Source: Octopus vulgaris
Taxonomy: Eukaryota
Length of the DNA stretch: 64,000 nucleotides
NCBI GenBank assembly: GCA_951406725.2
Contig: OX597816.1
Location: 145,638,001 to 145,702,000, forward strand
Direction of reading: 5' to 3'
In this document: positions 1 through 13,944 of the stretch, one piece after another
How the letters are laid out: every line of letters begins with the position of its first letter
Numbering within the stretch: position 1 is the first letter of the stretch
Program-made: the position numbers and the translations under genes
Notes under the pieces: generated by a model
Told to the model about the DNA's origin: nothing
Seen by the model: the letters and a program-made list of their open reading frames with translations, nothing else
Databases searched by the model: none

Positions 1-49
1 TCTGGTATTTATCTACGATACGCTTAAGATACAGTCTATTCACAGTTTG

Positions 50-1630
<1,581 letters not shown>

Positions 1631-2218
1631 TACATTTTAGTAGCCTATATCTTTTTACTGTAAACATTTTTAAAATTGATGAAAATACATAGAAACAGTT
1701 TTTTCCTACTATTTCTGTGAACTAATGAGATATTGTTTTATTTATCAAACAGATATTTATATGTAACCCTCTTATTATTTTTTTTATATATTGAAAAAAT
1801 CTGCTATTATATCTGCTGTATAAACCCACTACCAGTCGCAAAATAGGAATTACAATATATTGTCAGTTTTTCCGTTTACCTATTTCAGAGAAGAGGAGGA
1901 GAGATTTGCAACTGACTGAATGCATTAGGTGTCTGATTACCCGCTGGGGCGTCGACGCCATATAACACCTCTACTCCATCTGTTCTATTACGCTTTATTC
2001 ATGGCCAAACAATAGATATGAAAACATTTCATTATAGATATGTAAATATGTACCTTAGATGAGTTTTTCATATACATTCGATTGCCTGTTTCAAACAACA
2101 AAGAAAGCATTTCTTCCTCTCTCTCTCTCTCTCTCTCCCTCCCTTTATATACATGCCCTCCATATATATACATTCCCTCACACACACACACACATACACA
2201 TCTCTAACATTCAGGTGT

Positions 2219-2266
2219 TCACCACTGAAGATGGGCACAAATAGCTAGAAACCGTTCCGACTGGTG
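2219..2266 (+). ncRNA. Degenerate hammerhead-ribozyme-like motif
   Basis: tcacca-CTGAAGA-tgggc-acaaata-gcta-GAAA-ccgttc-cgac-tggtga. Both core boxes are present, stem II is imperfect, and tcacca/tggtga could form stem I. Confidence 0.4.
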
Positions 2267-3108
2267 ATCTCATCATCTGCTAAAAGATGGTAGGGGTTCG
2301 ATCACCTGCGTGAAATATATACTGGGTGAAGATTGCACTGATAACTTTGCCTGGAGTTAAAAACCATATTGCTGTGGAGATACACATTACTTCTCAGTAT
2401 AGTTTACTATTTTCTTATTGCGATTTTATAACGAGCTACTTTGCAATGTAACTACACACGTGCTGTTGGCAATTGTTGTTTTTTTTTCCTTTTAAGAATT
2501 TTTTTCCTTTCTCCTTTTCGTCGAAGAGTTATGCTCGAAACGACAAACTCTCTCTTTTTCCACCGAGCGTCATGCTAATACAATCCTTGTATTCTGTTAA
2601 TTTTATAATTCGCTTATTGGAATTCAGTGATTATTTAATTTGACAATATATAAAGGTTCATGTTTTTTTCTTGTGCATGTACGTATATAGATATGTGCAT
2701 AACCTTTTTTGTGTTCGTGGGTGTGTGTGTGCGAGCGTGTATGCGGGTATGTATATATATATTTGGCGAATGTGTGGATGAGCATGTGTGTGTTTCAAGT
2801 GAGGGTGAATGAGTACATACATATAGGCGCATGTACGTGGGTGAGTGGGCGCATATGTGTATGTATGGACATGCGCGCTTACGCGATTACTGTGAACATT
2901 TTTACTCCCTTACCTTTACTCCCACCCCTTAGCGGTCATTCTAATAGCTCTTTTGTCTCAATCACACAGTAATTTCCCCTTGTTTTAACGTTCATTTTCA
3001 TAGCATTTATTTCGATGGCCCCATTACTGAAGAGACGCCGGCATGGGCTCCGTCCCGTCATCCGAAACTCTGAGTTTTTTCATGGCCACCGAATAATTGT
3101 CACACACA

Positions 3109-3196
<88 letters not shown>

Positions 3197-5347
3197 TGTA
3201 AGTTCAACAGAAATGCCATATTTAACTGATCGAAATTTAGTAATGGAAATAAGTTAACATCTCTACCATGCAATACGAAAGTCCCTACAGGGAGCGGAAT
3301 CTCCAATTAATCAATTTTGCAGTAATATTACGATTACGCAAGGTAGGGACATTCATCCTTTTTTCCATGAGATTGTTACGGTCTACCTCCTGTTTAATGA
3401 CCTCATCATCAAACAAAAAGTGTTCATGAAATAGGAAAGCTTGTATCTTGCAGATAATGATCAAGTAATGATCATGCCTATACAACTTCATACTAATTAA
3501 GGCTGTTGAAGTCAAAGTTGTTATGCTTCGAAATGCAAAGAAGACTGGATACATAACAGTGAATAAAATGAATAAAATGCTAACTATCTTCCGATTGGTT
3601 CCAACGGTGACACATAACTTAGCAAGATCGTCGAGTCATCTATACCTGACAATGAAAAAGATATCCTTGCACATATAGACCTACTGTGCAATTCTGTATG
3701 CAAACTCTAAAGCATGCGGTGATGATATATTTCAGAATAAAAATACAAGAAATGTGTAGCAAGCAAACTTTTCTATTGAACGGATAACTGATCTTAACAG
3801 TAGCTTCAAGTAAGCATACGCCTGGTTTCTCACGAATACTCAAAACATTTCATGGCATGAGTACAAAACCAACTCATTGCATTCTCTGCAATGTCTGACG
3901 TTATTGTTCAACGCAAAGTAGGTTTTGCTTGCTACCGTTATCGGATAGAGAACCAAGTCATTTAGTAGTTAAAATCTGAAGACTCCACTCTATGCCAAAT
4001 AGCATATAACTTACTGATTTTTCGGCAATTAATACTTACCGATATGGTACGAGGTAAGTGACCACGATTTTAGGATTGACGTCAAAGCAGTTGTCTTCAT
4101 GGTGTCAATAGTGTTTCTTTTCCCAACATGTTGAGAAACAAACTTAAACATAGGTTTGCACGACTTTATTGCGTATATGTGTCAGTGCGTATGATAATAT
4201 AAATTTTCTTTATTTAGTCAACGATTTCATTTCATGTATTTGTGGGAGTTGTTTGCATTTCTTACTTGTGGCCTTGAAAAAAACAAACATGTACATTTTT
4301 CCCTCTCACGTACATTGTGGCAGGAAGGAATCAAACTTGTGCACAATGTCAGTTCATGCGATTACCCATCCCATGAAATCTTATGGTTTATGAAAATATG
4401 ATAATTAGAAAGGCAGATCTAGATTGGTGACTTAATAAATCGAATATTTGATCACAACGAGCGCTGGAGGGATTCATAGCACACAGAGATTTGGTTGCAT
4501 TTGCATTTGCCACAAAATCACACAAACTCGGTTTCTGCTTTACTTTAACAATATGGGAATATTTACGTATATGAGAAAAACTATGATAGAATATACTTCC
4601 GTTTACTCGATATAAAATAAACGAGAAGAATTGCGGCCAGGGGTGCCTTTCCATTGTAGATCTGTTTACGAAAAGAGTTAAACTTGCATGTTATTTACAC
4701 ATTAATCAGTTATGCAATCTATATAATGTTGGAAGATTATTTTCTATGCTACATATTAAAAGTAAGTTACATCGAAATATTTCGACTTAAATGGTTTCTA
4801 GAAACGCTATATGTGAGCTTCTTCTCAATGACTGTTGAAGATATTTTATGGTAATTTATGGAATATGAAGTTTACAATAGAAATTAACATTACTAGTAAT
4901 ATAGCAGAATTTCATTTAGAATTAGGTATATTGCCAAAACAGAATTCTAGTATAGAAAATTTCAACTTTTATTGACGACTTGGGATTAATAGAAATATAA
5001 TCAAACTAAAGAAAGAGGTGAGAAGCAGTTTCTTTCACGATAGCGTTTATAAAGGTATTAGCAGTATAAGTCTTCTGATAGAATTTACTCTTCTTCTTAT
5101 TAAACATAGAAGGTTAATGGAATGAGATTTTGGTAAATCAGAGTGAGAAATTTAATGTATAGTGTCGAATAAATTCAAACAAAGCATATCTATTTAAAAT
5201 AGGTGTCATGCAAATTTCAGGATAATTACATTTAATGAGGTAATAATAATATTAATTACAATAATAATGAGAATAATAACAAAAACAATATTAGTTATGT
5301 TGATGATGATTATAAGAATAACAACAGCAATAATGATAGCATTAATA

Positions 5348-5559
5348 CTTCCTACTAGAGACTCAAGGCGTGAAAATTTGAGAATGTGGCTAGTTGGTTA
5401 CATTGATCCCAGTACTCAACTGGTATTTATTTTATCGACTCTAAATGGATGAAACGCAAAGTCGATATCGGCGGAATTTGAACTCAGAACGTAAAGATGG
5501 ACCAAATGCCGTCAAAAATGTTTATCCAGCATATTAACAATTCTGACAGTTCGCCACCT
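5348..5559 (-). mobile_element. tRNA-derived SINE family A, diverged copy
   Basis: Matches the 16359-16586 copy (ggatgaaa.gcaaagtcga..tcggcggaatttgaactcagaacgta). B-box GAGTTCAAAT on the minus strand, with an (AAT)-rich tail. Confidence 0.85.
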
Positions 5560-6419
5560 AATGATATTGATGACGAAATAGAAGACAATAACAATTATGG
5601 TGAGAGTGCTTTGAAAAATATTTACATGGACCAGTGAAAAAGTTTATGAAAAATCTTTTCTAGTTCTGCGCAATTCGCACAACTTCGAATTTGTGAACGT
5701 CATTCCTTAATTTTGCCCAATCTAGTATTTCTGTACAATATCCGTAGTCCAAGAAACGAAATACATGTGAAACGTTCCTGATTATTCTCTTCGATGTCAG
5801 AGTTTTCCTGAAAATTCTTCATCGCAGTTTGTTATCTATTTAATGATACAGAAAACGTAACGTTGACTGATTAGAATGACTGGTAGAAGGCTGTGAACCA
5901 CTGCCATCATTCTACAGTTGACACCACACTTTGGTAAATGCTACTCTAAAAACTGTACCCCCGTCAATGAGATTAAGTGTAGGACATCACGTCTTACAAA
6001 AGGTAACTACACTCTCATCGCCCAGGAATCTCTGTAGAAGCTGCAGCCATTAGAAACTGAAAGTAAAATGAAAATGCGAAATATAATTAACATGGTTATA
6101 CGGAAGTGTTGGTGTTTGATATCCATACTATTCTTGTGACACAAAAACACTTCACTACTTTTCTGTTCATGCACACATGCTACTATACCCGCAGATAATT
6201 CGGAGATACATCCTCATCTTATGTTGAATAAACACACTCATATATCCTTAAGGACATATATAACACGAATATATATTTCTATATTTATATGTGGTGGTTG
6301 TCTACTCCTTATACAGAGTCTGACCACCTCTTGCACTTACACCTAAGATCCTTCATCGCGCCCGATGTGGTTTTTTAAACCAGATAATATATTGAAAAGA
6401 CACCCACAAAGATTGTATA

Positions 6420-8295
6420 TCTGATCCGGACCACCAAGAGCCGCAGATAAGTTCTAATCATTGCAAATCTTAAAATGCTCTTTGAGGCCTCAGATTTGCA
6501 AAGATTATGGCATACACAGCACTGAAAGGTCTGCATACATATATAGGTAGAGCAGTTAGTGTTAGGTTTGCTTTTCATGGGTCCGCAAGGAGATATGAGA
6601 CCAGCAAAAGAAAGGCATGGTCTATAACAAACTGTGCACGCAAAAATGTCACTGAGATTCACCTTCCTGATCGTAACAATCTTCTTTATATCATCCTGGC
6701 CTCCTCAAAAGCTTTCACTCCACTGCACACTTTCCTTCGTAAACCAACTCGATCCGAAACAACGTTTTCTATAGCCTTTGAATCCATTCAAGGTGACTGC
6801 TTAGTAGTCCTTATGGCGACCTTAAACCATTTTTTAGGTTTACACCGATTGCATTTCGCCTCTGCAAGCCCGCCATAAACAGCCGTTTGGGTGTGCGCTT
6901 AACCGCCATTCGAACAATGTGGCCATATCATTTCATCTTTTTTTTTTCAGAATCATTGATGCCTGCAGATGCAAAGACATTTAATGTTTAAAATGCAGCG
7001 AAGGCATTTTTGGTACAATTGTTTTAACAATTTGAAATGTCTTTTATAACACGTCCACGATTCAGAAGAATACAACATTTGGTGACAAATGATTTGTAAA
7101 GAGACAATTTTGTGTTGCTATTTATATGTCGTTGGCGCCAAACGCATGACTCTGAAGCACCAAATGTTTTTGCTACCCTCTGAATTCGCAGATGTATTTC
7201 TATGTTCAAATTTCCATCATTTTGTACAGAGCTTCCGAGGTAGATGAAAGAGTCAACAACCTGAAGTAACTTATACTTAACAAAAAATTTTAGAGGGTTT
7301 GCTAACAAAATCACATGCAGGTTGATACATTACAACTGTTCTTTTTTTTTTCAAGTTGATCTGTCAAGCTAAAATCATCACGAGGGGAGTCAAATGCAGA
7401 TGCAAGAAATTGCAAACCCGTTTCAGAGTGACTGAGAAGATCGCAATCGTTAGCACAGAAGAGTTCCCTAATGAATTAAGTAAAAAACATTTGTTTTAAA
7501 TTTCAGTCTGGTCAGATTAAAAACATTCCCTGTTATTCTATATTTTATGTAAATACCCTCCTCGGAGTTTTGAAAAGCTTGTGACAGCTCAACAGCAATG
7601 TATATTGTTAAGAGGATGGGCGCATGAAGATCTTGCTTTACTCCTTTTTTCGCGGCAAAGTTTTCAGGTAACCTACCAGCAAAATTACATCTAGCCTTCA
7701 TATATTGATACAAAGTCCTCACAGAACATTTCGATTAGCAGTATCGAAAGCCTTGCTTAAATCAGCAAAGCAATGCTATAGAACAAGATTCTGTTCAATG
7801 CACTTTCCCTGAAATTGTCTGATAGTAAAGATACAATCAACTGTGCCCTTGGAGGAGCGAAAACCACATTGGGACTCAGATACTATATTTGGAACATTGA
7901 AGGTGTTTAAACGTTTTAACAAGATGCGGGCAAGTACCTTTCTAGCTAACGACAAAAGCGAAATCCCACGAAAATTACAACACACATGCTTTTGCTCCGA
8001 GGAGACTAAAATGCCATCAATCCAGTCTTGAGGCACTTCCTTATTTCTCCAAAAATGACAAATTGCTATATCTAAGAGTTCAAAAATTTTATCACACACA
8101 TATTTCAAGACCTCTACACAGGTCCAATCGGACTCTGAAGACATACTGTTATTATGTTTATTCAGAGCTAAATAAATCTCATTTAGGGTTGGTTCAAAAG
8201 CTATCTAAAATGTAGGCGTCTGATTTTTTTCTATCATTCTAATGTCAACAGACGATAGTCTATTAAAAAATGCAGAAAAATCTTCTACCCAGGAC
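6420..8295 (-). mobile_element. RTE-clade LINE, 5'-truncated and frameshifted (reverse transcriptase pseudogene)
   Basis: Ordered RT motifs over several frames: VPQDW..NFRGISLLSLARKVLARILLKRL, ESQCGFR..GTVDCIFTIRQFQGKCIEQN, DLSKAFDT, GVKQ..LHAPILL, VDSFIYLGS. C-terminal Cys motifs FACTVCYRPC and FQCCVCHNLCKS are typical of RTE. Confidence 0.9.
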
Positions 8296-8419
8296 TTATG
8301 AATATATATATATATACACACATATATATATATAGTTCTATATTTAAGAGATGGGGAATTATGTACATTACTTACATTATTTACGTTTGACGGGTAATTG
8401 TCCTCATCTTGTTTGTTGT

Positions 8420-8466
8420 TACCACAACGTTTCGGCTGCTATACCCTCCAGTTTTCATCAGGTGTC
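8420..8466 (-). ncRNA. Minimal type I hammerhead ribozyme motif (mutated stem II)
   Basis: Minus strand: gacac-CTGATGA-a-aactg-gagggtatag-cagcc-GAAACGTT-gtggt. Stem I cac/gtg; stem III is the ACGT palindrome. Confidence 0.7.
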
Positions 8467-8524
8467 ACGGGGAAATTTCGAAACTGGGTTCTCATTCGTA
8501 AGGTATTTTTCGATTCTGTTGTTG

Positions 8525-8582
<58 letters not shown>

Positions 8583-9688
8583 TTTTTTTTTCTTCTTTCA
8601 AATTTGCTTCCATTTCTTGCCGAGTGTCTTCCCGACTCCTGGGGCAAAGAAACTCATAGCATACATTGGTAGGCCATTAAACCAAACTCAGTAGTTCGTT
8701 CATTTATTTTATTTATTTTTTTTAAAGTTAAATTAAAATACATGAGCAGCAACAGTTCTCACATCGACAATGCTCTTCTCAATACGTGTGATGTACCAGT
8801 TAAGACAATCTTTTGCACTTCTTGCAGGGATGGTAAGCCAGGGATCATTCTCATATAATTTTCGGTTCCCTTCTTGATCATTCCTAGTGCTCCTACGATC
8901 ACTGGTATTGTAACCGCCTTGAGATGCCACATTTTCTCAATTTCAATGAGTAGGTCTTTATATTTTCTGAGCTTGTCAAACTCTTTCGCTGAGATATTAT
9001 GATCACAGGCGATGCTCATGTCGATCAATAAGCAAACTTTATTGTTTTGGTCTTTCACAACAATATCTGGTTTATTGGCCTTGATGGTTTGGTCTGTATG
9101 TACTGGAAAGTCCCACAGAATGGTTACATTTTCTCCTTCAGTTACAGCCTCAGGGTGGTGATTATACCACTTGTCGGCAGTTTTGATATTGTAATGCCGA
9201 CTTATTAGCCAGTGGAGATATTGGCCAACTCTGTCATGTCTTAATTTATACTCCACTGGTGCTAAGACTTTACATCCAGAGATTAGGTGGTCCACTGTTT
9301 CAATCATGTCGTTGCAGAATCGGCATTTTGGGTCTGCTCCATTTTTCATCACATTGGTCTGGTAGTTCCGGGTTAATAGGCTTTGATCTTGAGCAGCCAG
9401 GATGAAACCTTCGCTCTCTGCTTTTAGCCCTGAGCTCCGTAGCCACTGATGGGTTTGCTTCTGGTCAACATCAGCTTTGCTGCGGGTCACATATTTGCCG
9501 TGCAGAGGTTTCTCCTCCCACCTATCAGCCAATTGCTCGTGCGCTTTCTTCATTGCCATCATTTTCACCTTCTTTGCAACAATAGTTGCCGTACTTCCCT
9601 CGGGTTGTTCAGTTTGGGTATCCTGCACGAGATCAATAGCAAATTTTTTGCTTTCCTTTATGATAGAATGAAGTGATTTTCCACGAGC

Positions 9689-9690
<2 letters not shown>
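8583..9690 (-). mobile_element. R4/Dong-clade non-LTR retrotransposon, 5'-truncated, inserted in (TAA)n
   Basis: Uninterrupted ORF running up to the 5' junction, then a ~175 bp 3' UTR. (TAA)n lies directly on both sides (8529-8581 and 9691-9766). Confidence 0.92.
8759..9690 (-). CDS. C-terminal part of retrotransposon ORF: CCHC zinc knuckle + restriction-like (PD-D/ExK) endonuclease
   Basis: KPLHGKY, AAQDQSLLTRNY, CRFC..ETVDHLISGC, RHDRV, WDFPVHTD..NKPDIVV..LIDM..K..KY..L, PVIVGALG. The frame stays open upstream of 9628 (KARGKSLHSIIKES...), so there is no true start codon. Confidence 0.92.
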
Positions 9691-9770
<80 letters not shown>

Positions 9771-10058
9771 ACACTGCCTGGAATCGAACTCGGAATCTTG
9801 GGGTTAGTAACCCGCGATTTTTACCACTATGCTATATGCTTTTGTGCAAGTATGGAGTGAATTTTAGTGCTCATAAACTAATATCTTCCTATCTATCCTC
9901 AATACCAGCTCCCATATGGTAGTCATATCTTCACTCGGTCTGCTTAGAAGGTTGTTGTGTCCTAGCATATGTGCTGCTTCTTTTAGTTTTCGCATTTTCC
10001 AGTGTTGTTAACAACAAATAAGATGAGGACAAATATCCGCAAAATGTAAATAACTTAA

Positions 10059-10144
<86 letters not shown>

Positions 10145-11029
10145 TATATACACACACATATACTTTTTTGTGATTCTTGGCTTACAATTAATATAGAGAT
10201 AGCATGTTTATCTTTCCTGTGTTCCATAAGTAAATGCCCTGAGGAGTCTTTACAGAAACCACCTAATAAGTGGATAATTAAGTACATGAATGAATATGAA
10301 ACTGATTCTATGTAAACTTTCCTTTTTAATGTTGAAAATCGGCATATACACACATTTTACGTATTTTGGTTATGATAGTAATTTTGATAATCTTAAATTT
10401 TATTTTTATATAACATACCATTATTGTTTATAAATAATCACCCATAGTACCCATGATAGAATTTCCTCTATATTAACATCATGGGCTTTATTGCTCCTTT
10501 AAATTTGTAATTAACATCAATTTGTGTCTTCTCCTACCCAGCCTTCTTTTATAGACAGTTACTCTATACTCAATTTACTACTCCCAGTGTCTTGACAGTA
10601 TTTATGACCATACCTAGCCATGAGCTGTCAACTCACTCTTGCCTTTCATTCTAAGCAGACATAGTCCTCTAGACTTAGATTTAGTAGTTGATACAAAAGA
10701 CAAATAAAATAGAAAGGAACCACAATCCTTCACAAGCTATGACCTCATACCCTTCTGTAATTGTGTGAATCTGTGCATTATCGTCCTAAATGCTTTGCAG
10801 CCTTAGTTTTTTAAAGTAGTCGTTTTCTAATTCTTAGTTACAATAGCGACAACATGGATTTCTTTCACCTTTTTGCTCTGTTAAAGTATTTGAGAAAAAT
10901 TGTATTATTGTGTCCAACTAATTAAAATTCTATTTATTTGTGCAGTTGCTGAAGGCTCTACACGGTCTTACTGCATCACTTCTTGATATCCTGTTGCTTA
11001 TTTTGATATATAGATATCACGGTCACGTG

Positions 11030-11640
11030 ATATCTATATATCAAAATAAGCAACGGTATATCATACCAAAAACATCGAAGCATACACCAAAATCATACAA
11101 AACATCCCCTTACTGTCCATGGACCCGAGAATGAATAATATTATCAATATATATAAAATCCTTAAATGCAAAAAGCAACAGAAATCATTGAAAAATCTCC
11201 TAACAAGTGCGAAACTTCACACACCACATCCACCCCCACCAGTTAAAATATATGCATGCCCTAACCGTGGTACCTGCCCCTTCCTACTTGAAGGCTCTGA
11301 ATTTACTTTCAAACAAGGAACAAAGTTTAAAATCAAGACCAACTTGTTCCTCCGAGAACCTCATTTATCTCCTCACACGCGCAGGTTGCCAACACAATTA
11401 TATCGGACAGAAGAGCCTTCCTTTACGCAGAAAGAGTAGCAGTCCATAAAGAACAGATAAATCTCCCACAATACCGTCAAATTCCATTCACTAGCCACAT
11501 AGACTCTTGCGCTAGAAAAATAATCCCAAATTTCGTATATAACCTTCCTATCAATGTAAAGACAGAATCTCTACACAAGAAATAATCAACAAGGAAAATC
11601 TTTTATTGAACAATTCCAAACGGTTCTGAATATGCTAACT
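11030..11640 (+). mobile_element. Penelope-like element remnant (GIY-YIG endonuclease region)
   Basis: KSLKNLLTSAK..CPNRGTCPFL..TCSSENLIYLL..GCQHNYIGQ, frameshifted. Homologous to 49375-49830. Confidence 0.85.
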
Positions 11641-12166
11641 CCACGGTGACTGTATTCCTTTTTTAGCATCGTCTTTGACAAAAAATAGATATAAGCATCC
11701 TGTTTGACAAAAAATCCAGTATTCCAAGTAAAGAGTATAAAGTTCACAGAATTGTCTCCCTTTATTCACAGGAACTGGATAACTCCTACTCCATTTCCTG
11801 TTTTGACACATAAACATCCAACCTCCTCAAACAAAACACTACACTAAAACACATGCATCCTAATCCTCCAAAGAAGTTTTTCCATGGAATAATACTGAAT
11901 TTTAAAAGCTTAAAGACAGTATAATGTATTTGAATACTTATTTATTAATTTTTGTATATATTTATTATTTTTTGAATAAACATTATAAATTTTTTCTCCT
12001 TCCTCACCTTAAAAAATTTTTTTCCCCTTCTCCATCTTGAAAATTTGCCTTGCAATGAAAGCTGGTTTTGATTTTCTTTTTTAATCTTTCTTGCACCCAT
12101 ATGTATTAAAATTTGCTTTCAGTTTAGCATTCCGCCTTATTATTATTATTTCTTTCTTTCCCATAC

Positions 12167-12202
<36 letters not shown>

Positions 12203-12207
<5 letters not shown>

Positions 12208-12490
12208 GAATTTACAAAAAAAAAAAAGAGAAAAAGACGATGTATTCGTTTATCGCTCGGGAAGTGAGAAAGTTTTTTTACGTTTCGAGCCTACGCTCTT
12301 CGTCAGAAAGGAACAGAGAAATAAACAGGGAGAAAAAATAGAAAAAAGTTTAGTGGATAGCGATCTATCATGCCGAATGCTGGACAGAGGAGTCACACAG
12401 GAGAGCTAGGTAGAAGGGGACATAATAAAGTAGTGGTCATCCCAAAATGAAGGTGCGAGTGCGTGTGTATGTGAGAACGTGGCATTTTCA
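12203..12490 (-). mobile_element. Penelope pLTR/retrozyme-like short element carrying a hammerhead
   Basis: Flanked by (TA)n. Contains the hammerhead at 12275-12310 followed by cccgagcg and a T-rich tail, a layout similar to 25200-25375. Confidence 0.65.
12275..12310 (-). ncRNA. Minimal type I hammerhead ribozyme
   Basis: Minus strand: cttt-CTGACGA-a-GAGC-gtag-GCTC-GAAACGTA-aaa. Core and stem II are perfect, with a GUA cleavage triplet. Confidence 0.8.
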
Positions 12491-13529
12491 TTATATATAT
12501 ATATATATATATTATATACATACATCATTTTCATTTCTTTGAAATTAGATCTGAGGCGATGAATAAATATTTATTCTTATTACATTTTAGACAAGTATGG
12601 GTCAATAAAGTTTGTAAATGTATCTCTAATGGTTTGTTACAAATAAATGATGCTATTTTAAAGTTAATGTCGGATTCTTGATTAGTGACACCCACACTCA
12701 TGGAAATTGCTGTTGTGGAGATCTAACAGTTTTAAGTGAATACTGGCAACAATGATTAATGTTATTTTAGGTAAAGATTAGTTTTGGCCTGGATAAATAA
12801 AACAGCTATAAAATATCCCGGTTTGCAATTTACTGTGGAACGAATGGTGACCGAGCATCATAACACAAGCATACTTTCACACGGAAAAGAACATCCATAC
12901 ACATGCTTTCATTAAAATGCATATCGGTATACTTGCAGTCATACATACGTACACTTACACGGGTGTATAATTGACATATGCATTGATACCACGCAGTAGC
13001 TGCACGTTTATCGTTAATAATGGTGATAACTAAATATTTTATCTTAAGAAACCTAGTAGCGGATGTTAATACACATTAATAAATCTGTGAGAAAATAAAG
13101 CACTTATATCGTTTTATCTCTATAGCATTACAAGAGTTTGTTTTAAAGGTCATAGTTTGTAATTAATTCCCCGTGGAATTAATTATGACCGAATTTCTTT
13201 AAAATAAACGCACTTGCGCGAAGATACACATAATCATTAAGAAGGAAACTCATGCACACAAATATGCGCGTTCTTCGTTTTTCTCTTTCGCTCAAACCCA
13301 AACATTATTCATACTAATCCTTAAAATCTAAAGCAAAATCTGATTAAAGACTTACTCCTTGCTTGGAAATTCGAAAATAACTTTATATAAACAAGCATAT
13401 CTTCAGCATATGGACAACTGCATCACAAGGACTGGCTGTATCACACCACTGCGAGAAAATATTTCAACGCTCAGCAACAACAAATTACATATGAGGACCA
13501 CTATAGTGGACTGATCCACATCAAGGACG

Positions 13530-13944
13530 ATGCGGGCCTCATTTATAAAAATCAAGTGAAAATATTTTTAAAGGCGGTTATAGACCTATAAACACACAAT
13601 TGATTGAAAGGAAATTTTGTGAAATATTCCTGGTTTAAGTGATTTAATTTATTTTTTAGAGTATCGGGTTCATGTTTTTCGGTTATTTGCTCCTATAGTT
13701 GAAATTATTACAGGAACCTCGGTTATTTTGGACAGCCTGTTATTGCTTACAAATTGCCAGGAACGGAATTTTCCTAGTAAAATCTGCACTAATTGTGGAC
13801 AACCACCTCTTAATATTAAGGACAACCATATCTTCACCCGGAAATGTGTTTTATTATGATGTATTCATAAAAGCTCTCGGCGGGCCGCATGAAAACCTAT
13901 GGCGGGCCGCATGCGGCCCGCGGGCCGTAGTTTGCCCACCCCTG
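13530..13944. mobile_element. hAT (Charlie-like) non-autonomous element, one end only
   Basis: GC-rich subterminal GCGGGCCG repeats ending in gtttgcccacccctg (TIR CAGGGGTGGGCAAAC), followed by GCCTAGAC, which resembles a Charlie target site. The other TIR was not found. Confidence 0.7.

Larger units (their letters stand above)
8340..10062 (-). mobile_element. Composite non-autonomous retroelement: tRNA-like head + (AAT)n + hammerhead, interrupted by an R4/Dong LINE
   Basis: Head at 9767-9840 (minus: gcatatagcatagtgg...gagttcgattcc), split (AAT)n tract, 3' body at 8350-8520. All parts are collinear with the uninterrupted copy at 30388-30750. About 60 bp at 8365-8425 and 10003-10060 form an inverted repeat, and (TA)n flanks both sides. 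Confidence 0.8.

Noticed and set aside
3300-4650. Possible very old hAT transposase on the minus strand (FCTHA.M, CIFILK, KLC..RW-like traces)
   Set aside because: Motifs are scattered across frames and too degenerate to support without a profile search (e.g. translated HMM search against hAT transposases).
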